64,000 nucleotides of DNA from contig OZ219802.1 of NCBI GenBank assembly GCA_964291655.2, positions 1,696,001-1,760,000 of the forward strand, in the 5' to 3' direction. Origin of the DNA: Chloroflexota bacterium. Lineage in GTDB: Bacteria > Chloroflexota > UBA11872 > VXOZ01. Both the position numbers and the translations under genes were made by a program. The number at the start of each line of letters is the position of its first letter. Positions within the stretch are counted from its first letter, which is position 1. The notes under the pieces are model-generated. The model made no database searches, was not told the DNA's origin, and saw only the letters and a program-made list of their open reading frames with translations. This document shows positions 58,370 through 64,000 of the stretch, in pieces.

Positions 58370-59026
58370 ATGGCTCATGCAGAGCAGAACAAAACTCGTG
58401 AAGAAATGCAGGACATTGCCGATCAGTTGCGGGCGATTGGGCAAACCGGGCTCTTCTATGCCCGGCGGGAGGATGACGAGTACGACATTGCCCGTTACGA
58501 GCGCGCGTTGGCGCTGGCGGCGCGGCTCTTTGCGCTCACGGATACGCGATCGGTAGAAAAGATCTTGGCGTTGTACAACAGTGACATCAACTATCAAACG
58601 CCAAAAATAGCGGCGTTCGGCGCTATCTTCGACCCGCAGGGCCGCGTGCTGCTCATACAACGGTCCGATAATCGCCTCTGGGCCATGCCGGGCGGCATGG
58701 TTGAGGTCGGCGAGACCGCGGCACAGGCGGCGGAACGGGAAATCTGGGAGGAGACCGGCGTGCGCGTGCGGGCTGAGCAGCTCATCGGTATTTACGACAA
58801 CCGGGCTCACGGCGGTCGGGCGCCGTTTCAGACTTATATGGTTGGGTTCCTGTGCGCGCATGTTTCCGGTACGCCGCACCCGACGAGCGAAGCCCTGGAC
58901 GTAGGCTACTTTACCGAAGATGCGCTACCGTCGCTCACGCCCGGCGCCCGCGACCGCGTGCCTCAGGCCTTCGCCTGGCAGCGCGGCGAACGCACGGAGC
59001 CGCACTTCGAGCGCGAGCTTGCGTGA
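58370..59026 (+). CDS. Nudix hydrolase with N-terminal extension domain
   Basis: GG.VEVGETAAQAAEREIWEETG Nudix box; YQTPK. Confidence 0.9.
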   Translation: MAHAEQNKTREEMQDIADQLRAIGQTGLFYARREDDEYDIARYERALALAARLFALTDTRSVEKILALYNSDINYQTPKIAAFGAIFDPQGRVLLIQRSDNRLWAMPGGMVEVGETAAQAAEREIWEETGVRVRAEQLIGIYDNRAHGGRAPFQTYMVGFLCAHVSGTPHPTSEALDVGYFTEDALPSLTPGARDRVPQAFAWQRGERTEPHFERELA

Positions 59027-59173
59027 ATTCCTGTCCCGCGAAAGCAATCACACGGATCGCGCCATTGCATCGGGAAGCCAAGCACGTCGCGCGGGGGCTT
59101 GTCCCCCGCTTGGAGAGCTTTGCCTAGCCCTCATCGTACGCGCGGGAATTACCCCCTCTCCCTGGGGAGAGGG

Positions 59174-60460
59174 TGTATAGACCAGAGAGATACTTAACGG
59201 GTGTGCGCAGACATACTTTACACAGTATGGCACTCTTTCTGAGTAAAGAAGGAGGTGCCTCATGCCTTGGAAGGAGAGTACTGCTGTGGATGCTAAGCGC
59301 GAATTCGTCGCTTTGGCGCGAGCGCCGGGGGCGAACATACGCGCGTTGTGTCGACGCTTTGCGATCTCGCCGCCCACTGGCTATGCCTTGCTGCATCGTT
59401 ACGCCGAAGAGGGGGAAGAGGCCTTCACGTCCCGCTCGCGTCGGCCGCACCACTCGCCGCGGCGCACGCCATCTGCGGTGGAGGCGGTCGTGGTAGAACT
59501 GCGCAAGCGCCACCCGGCGTGGGGCGGTCGCAAGCTCCACCACGCACTGCTGAACGCCGGTCACACGGTGGTTCCCAGCCCCAGCGCCATCACCAACATC
59601 CTCCATCGGCACGATCTCATCGACCCGGTGGAGCGAACGCACCGGGACTGGCAGCGCTTTGAACACCCGTATCCCAACGACCTGTGGCAGATGGACTACA
59701 AGGGTCACTTCGCCGTGGACGCCGGGCGCTGCCACCCGCTCACCGTCTTGGACGACCACTCCCGCTTCGCCGTGGGTCTGTGGGCCTGTGGGGACGAGCG
59801 GGCAGACACGGTGCGGGCATGTCTGACGAGTGCCTTTCGCCGCTACGGACTGCCGGCGCGTATGCTGATGGACAACGGGTCGCCGTGGGGCAGCAATGCC
59901 GCGCACCCGTACACCAGGCTTACCGTCTGGCTGCTGCGGCTGGGCGTGTCGGTGAGCCATGGTCGCCCCTACCATCCGCAGACCCAGGGCAAAGAGGAGC
60001 GGTTCCACCGCACCTTGCAGGCTGAGGCGCTGCAAGGCAGGCGGTTCGCCGACCTCGCGACCTGCCAAGCGGCCCTGGACCGCTGGCGGGACGTCTACAA
60101 CCTGGAACGACCGCACCAGGCCCTCCACATGGCAACGCCCCTGAGCCGCTACGCGCCGAGCCGCCGCTCCTTCCCCGAGGAACTCCCCCCGATCACGTAT
60201 GGCGACGGCGACGAGACGCGCAAGGTGATGGCGGAAGGTTGGGTCAACTTTCAGGGACGAGAGTTCCGCGTCGGCAAGGCGTTTGTGGGTTGCCACATCG
60301 GCCTGAGACCAACCACCAGTGACGGCGTGTGGAGTGTGTGGTTCATGACCCACCACATAGCAGAGCTGAACCTGCGCGGACCTCTGCCCCGTGTAGAAAT
60401 ACCAACTCATGTGTAAAGTATGTCCTCGTACACCTGTAAACTATGTGTCAGGTCTATACA
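59174..60460 (+). mobile_element. IS481-family element, copy 2 (1287 bp)
   Basis: Same ends and same protein as copy 1; 5-bp duplication GAGGG (59169-59173 / 60461-60465). Confidence 0.95.
59262..60416 (+). CDS. IS481-family DDE transposase
   Basis: Identical translation to 11151..12305. Confidence 0.95.
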   Translation: MPWKESTAVDAKREFVALARAPGANIRALCRRFAISPPTGYALLHRYAEEGEEAFTSRSRRPHHSPRRTPSAVEAVVVELRKRHPAWGGRKLHHALLNAGHTVVPSPSAITNILHRHDLIDPVERTHRDWQRFEHPYPNDLWQMDYKGHFAVDAGRCHPLTVLDDHSRFAVGLWACGDERADTVRACLTSAFRRYGLPARMLMDNGSPWGSNAAHPYTRLTVWLLRLGVSVSHGRPYHPQTQGKEERFHRTLQAEALQGRRFADLATCQAALDRWRDVYNLERPHQALHMATPLSRYAPSRRSFPEELPPITYGDGDETRKVMAEGWVNFQGREFRVGKAFVGCHIGLRPTTSDGVWSVWFMTHHIAELNLRGPLPRVEIPTHV

Positions 60461-60620
60461 GAGGGTCGGGGTGAGGGGAAACCGGCGCCGATCCGGTTGA
60501 ATTCTGCTGGGTTTGCAGAGCTACGCAAGGCTCTTCGCATGGGCTAGAGTGCACACGGCGCGGAGAAGATGGATTCCCGCGTTCGCGGGAATGACGGATT
60601 GCGGAAACTTGCGTGGGAAT

Positions 60621-60862
60621 TGTAAGTGTTGAGTAATTCGTTGACAGAATTCGCTTTCCCGTAGAAAGCGCTACAAGGCCTTGTCATTCCGAGCGTAGCG
60701 AGGAATCTAGGGTCCCTGCTCAACACACTTTCACGGCCTCAGCACTCTAGATTCCTCACTCCGCTGCGCTTCGTTCGGAATGACATGTGTACTGTTCATG
60801 TAGAGTACTGCGTTCAGCTGCTTTTGTTCTCAAATCTGTCAACGAATTACCTGACATTAACA
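60621..60862. mobile_element. TGT..ACA MITE (family 2, copy 2, inverted) inserted in a CGTC-type REP
   Basis: Reverse-complement homologue of 32667-32934; duplication GGAAT (60616-60620 / 60863-60867). Confidence 0.85.
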
Positions 60863-61048
60863 GGAATGACAGCTCGGGAGCGTAGGTTTGCAACCTGCGC
60901 ACGTGTGGATTCCTGCGCAGTGGTAATGACGGAAGGCTGCAAGAGCTACAACCATCGGAATTGCAAACGCTCTGTTTTGCGTCCCGGGGTGTCTTGTCCG
61001 TCGCCGCGAGCCGGTGCTACAATGCAGGCAAGCCCACAATGCACGCAC

Positions 61049-61123
61049 GGCCCGCTAGCTCAATGGCAGAGCAACTGACTCTTAATCAGTGGGTTCGGGG
61101 TTCGAGTCCCTGGCGGGTCACCA
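61049..61123 (+). tRNA. tRNA-Lys (CTT)
   Basis: Acceptor GGCCCGC/GCGGGTC, TAGCTCAATGGCAGAGC D arm, CTGA-CT CTT AA-TCAG anticodon arm, GTTCGAGTC T loop, encoded CCA. Confidence 0.97.
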
Positions 61124-61470
61124 AGCATTGCCTCACCTGCGGCTAAACACGCCGCAGTTCCCTGTGTGCTCTTGTCAGCGTTTCTCGTATTTGCAGCCGG
61201 GGTTCAAGCGGCTACACGCAACCCCGCCACAGCATCCCCTCTCGTCCCGTGAGCGCCCGCAATGGCGATTTCGTACGACACGTTCATTCCCCAATTACAG
61301 CAGGACGTATGCAGTGTATACTCTCACTAACGTACCTCACATGCCCTGGGAGAGCGTAAAGCAGGCGACCAAGGCATCCTTGCCGGCTCGGCCCAGCGCT
61401 TCCCTAACGGACCTTATGCCAGCCTGAGGAGCCTCTCGGTGCACGAAACACAATGTGAGCGAGCGTACCG

Positions 61471-62253
61471 TTGCTCATAGACACCCACACGTACATCGGC
61501 CATTGGGGCTTTCGTGCCTTGCCGTGGCGCGATGCGAGCGGCTTGTTGCGCGCCATGGACCGGCACGGCATCGACCAGGCGTGGGTTTCGTCTGCCAGCG
61601 CCATCCTCTACCGCAATTCCCACGCAGCCAACGAGGAACTCCACGCCGAGGTCAGCCAGCATCGAGACCGCCTGGTGCCGTTTGCCGTCATCAACCCGAC
61701 GTATGCCGACTGGGAACACGACCTGGCGGTCTGCCGGGAGGAATTCGGATGCCGGGGCGTGCGGCTCTACCCGCCCTATCACCGCTACACCTTGCGCGAC
61801 CAGTCTTGCCGTGAACTGGTTGAGGCGGCCATTGCCAGCGACCTAATGATCTCCGTGCCCCACTGGGTGGAGGATGATCGCGAGCGGTCGTGGCTGCTGG
61901 CGCAACCCGGCATCGTGCCGGTGGCGGATATGGCAGCGCTGGCTGAAGCGCATCCGAATGGGCGCTTCGTCTTTCACTACGGCTTGGGCTTTACGGGGAC
62001 TCCCCTGGGTCAACGCGGCGCGGTGCAGGCCGCTTACGGGCTGGATATTGCGCGCCTTCCGGTGTTCGTGAAAGAGGAATTGCCCACGCTCCTCGCAACC
62101 ATCGGCCCGGAGCGGTTGGTCTTTGGCAGCGGCATGCCGCTCACGTCGGCGGAGGTGCCGCTTTATAAGCTGGAGGTCCTCGACGTTGCGGCGGAGGTCC
62201 TGGAACAAATCCGCTGGCAGAACGCGCAGCGCCTGCTAGGGCTGCAGACCTAA
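61471..62253 (+). CDS. Amidohydrolase-superfamily protein
   Basis: IDTH.Y.G, ANEEL, GVRLYP.YH, LVFGSGMP. Confidence 0.85.
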   Translation: MLIDTHTYIGHWGFRALPWRDASGLLRAMDRHGIDQAWVSSASAILYRNSHAANEELHAEVSQHRDRLVPFAVINPTYADWEHDLAVCREEFGCRGVRLYPPYHRYTLRDQSCRELVEAAIASDLMISVPHWVEDDRERSWLLAQPGIVPVADMAALAEAHPNGRFVFHYGLGFTGTPLGQRGAVQAAYGLDIARLPVFVKEELPTLLATIGPERLVFGSGMPLTSAEVPLYKLEVLDVAAEVLEQIRWQNAQRLLGLQT

Positions 62254-62291
62254 CGCTGGGTACCGGCAATTGCTGGTGGACTATGCCTGGA

Positions 62292-62530
62292 GGAGACCTC
62301 TGCGAATCAATTGCAGGCACCTTTTAATTGGGTTCTTACCGTGTGGATTTTCCCCTCACCCCGGCCCTCTCCCCGAGGAGAGGGAGTAATTCCCGCGCCT
62401 ACGGTTGAAGTTTGGCAGAGTTCTTCCGAGGAGAGGGAGAAACACCTGAACCTCCGGCTGAAGTCTCGCAGAATTCTTGCGGAGAGAGGGAGTAATTCTT
62501 GCGCCTCGGGCTAAATTTATGCAAAGTTCT
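62292..62530. repeat. Degenerate REP / GAGACC-shell cluster
   Basis: GGAGACCTCTGCG.., CCCCTCACCCCGGCCTCTCCCCGAGGAGAGGGAG. Confidence 0.6.
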
Positions 62531-62598
62531 TTTCGAAGTGGGAACCTCTTACTTTGCCGGACCTAGCGGCGCGGATGACTCCTAGTAGGTCTACATAG

Positions 62599-63996
62599 AT
62601 GGAACCTCTTGAAGCGCTCGTATCCTTCGTCGCTGATCTGCGCTATGAAGACCTGCCGCCGAACGCGGTCGCAGCCGTCAAAGTGCAAATTGCCGATGCG
62701 CTGGCGTGCGCCCTGGCCGGGTCGGCAGCGCCTTTGACCCCGGAGATCGTTGCGCGCCACGCCCGCTGGGGCGGCGCGCCGGAAGCGACGGTCCTTGTCT
62801 ATGGGCATCGCCTGCCGGCACCCACGGCGGCATGGCTCAATGCGGCCATGGTCCACGCCCACGACTTCGACGATTCGCATCGCGCCTCCAATCAACACGT
62901 TTTCGTGACGCTCCTGCCCGCGGCGCTGGCCGCTGCCGAGAGTCTGGGCACACCGATCGCGGGGCGGGACCTCATCACCGCTCTCGCCGGTGCGGCGGAA
63001 TTTCAGATTCGCCTGGGACTCTCCGTTCTGCCCCACATGCACGTGGGCTGGCTGCCGACGGCGGTCTTCGGCGGGCTGGGCTCGGCGGCGGTGAGTGGCA
63101 AACTGCTCGGTTTGCCAACCGAGGGTATAGCCAACGCCATCGGGCTGGCCTACGCGCAAGCGCAAGGAAACCGCCAGGGGCTCTTGGAAGGAAATGTCGC
63201 CAAGCGCCTGACACCGGCATTCAGTGCACGGGCGGGGGTGCATGCGGCGGTGCTGGCCGAAGTCGGCGTCACCGGCCCTCATGCGCTCGCGAAGGGCGCA
63301 TACGGACTCTTTGGACTCTTTGGCGGCGGCAACGGTGACGCAACCGTCCTCACGGCAGGTCTCGGCGCACACTTCGCCGTAGAAGACATCGCCCTGAAGC
63401 CCTATCCGTGCTGCCGCGCGGCGCACCGGCCGATAGACATGGCCCTGGAGGCCAAGGATCAGCTACAACCGTCCGACGTAACAGACATTGCCGCCGTGGA
63501 CGTGTGGCTACATCCGCGCGGGCATGCTCTGATCGGTCAGCCTTTCCAGATACGGCAGAACCCGCAGGTGGACGCGCAGTTCAGCGCGCAGTGGACGGTG
63601 GCTTTTGCGCTGGTGCACGGTGCGCCCGGACTTGCGGACTTCGCGCCGGAGGCGGTGCGCGCAGCCACAGGCGTACACAGGCTGGCGCAGATGATTAAGG
63701 TGCACCGCTTGCCCGACGCTGGACTCGCCACGTTGGAGCGTCTCACGGTGACACTCAAAGACGGACGCCGGGCAGCAATCAGCCATGCCGATGTCAAGGG
63801 CGAGCCCAGCCTCCCGTTGACGCGGTCGGAGCGCCGAGGAAAGTTCCTCGCGTGCGCCGGGTACGCCCACCATCCACTGGACATCAGACAAGCAGAAGCC
63901 GTCTTCACCGGCATTGAACGCCTGGAGGAGAGCAACGACATCCGTCCGCTCATCGCGCAACTCGCAGCTCCTCCCGGTCATGCGGGCTCGCGGTAG
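62599..63996 (+). CDS. MmgE/PrpD family protein
   Basis: AAWLNA..HAHDFDDSH, LKPYPCCR..H, AQFS. Confidence 0.9.
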   Translation: MEPLEALVSFVADLRYEDLPPNAVAAVKVQIADALACALAGSAAPLTPEIVARHARWGGAPEATVLVYGHRLPAPTAAWLNAAMVHAHDFDDSHRASNQHVFVTLLPAALAAAESLGTPIAGRDLITALAGAAEFQIRLGLSVLPHMHVGWLPTAVFGGLGSAAVSGKLLGLPTEGIANAIGLAYAQAQGNRQGLLEGNVAKRLTPAFSARAGVHAAVLAEVGVTGPHALAKGAYGLFGLFGGGNGDATVLTAGLGAHFAVEDIALKPYPCCRAAHRPIDMALEAKDQLQPSDVTDIAAVDVWLHPRGHALIGQPFQIRQNPQVDAQFSAQWTVAFALVHGAPGLADFAPEAVRAATGVHRLAQMIKVHRLPDAGLATLERLTVTLKDGRRAAISHADVKGEPSLPLTRSERRGKFLACAGYAHHPLDIRQAEAVFTGIERLEESNDIRPLIAQLAAPPGHAGSR

Positions 63997-64000
63997 GTAA

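Noticed and set aside
11063-60460. Composite transposon bounded by the two IS481 copies
   Set aside because: Each copy has its own target duplication (CCCTC vs GAGGG), indicating independent insertions; the interval holds core genes
61049-61123. tRNA-Lys as integration site of an island
   Set aside because: No integrase and no duplicated tRNA 3' end seen in the window

Overview
GC-rich bacterial chromosomal window; gene content is loosely Chloroflexota-like, which is an inference. Housekeeping genes are gndA (partial), rplJ-rplL with an L10-leader-like RNA, an EF-G paralogue, purC, purB, sodC, tRNA-Lys(CTT) and a split cbiMQ/cbiO ECF transporter. Accessory genes include solute-binding lipoproteins, hydrolases and glycosyltransferases. 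Four things stand out. (1) A nested REP/transposon ecosystem: two identical IS481 copies, an IS481-type MITE, an IS1182, a second TGT..ACA MITE family and GAGACC-ended shells insert at specific positions in palindromic repeats, with readable target duplications, and a GIY-YIG nuclease gene is bracketed by inverted CGTC-type REPs. (2) An AT-richer cassette encodes a metallopeptidase/HTH regulator pair divergent from a Ubl, an E2-like/E1(ThiF) fusion and a DUF6527-like protein (Bub-like ubiquitination; the Ubl ends in TDKS). (3) A putative defence block contains a Vsr-C5 methylase fusion, a DUF4928-like protein, a dual-OB protein and two DUF488 genes. (4) Oddities include a Cys-less QueF homologue, a tandem array reiterating the rplL 3' end, and REP-derived periodic arrays on both sides of purB. 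Family names come from motif recognition, not database searches.
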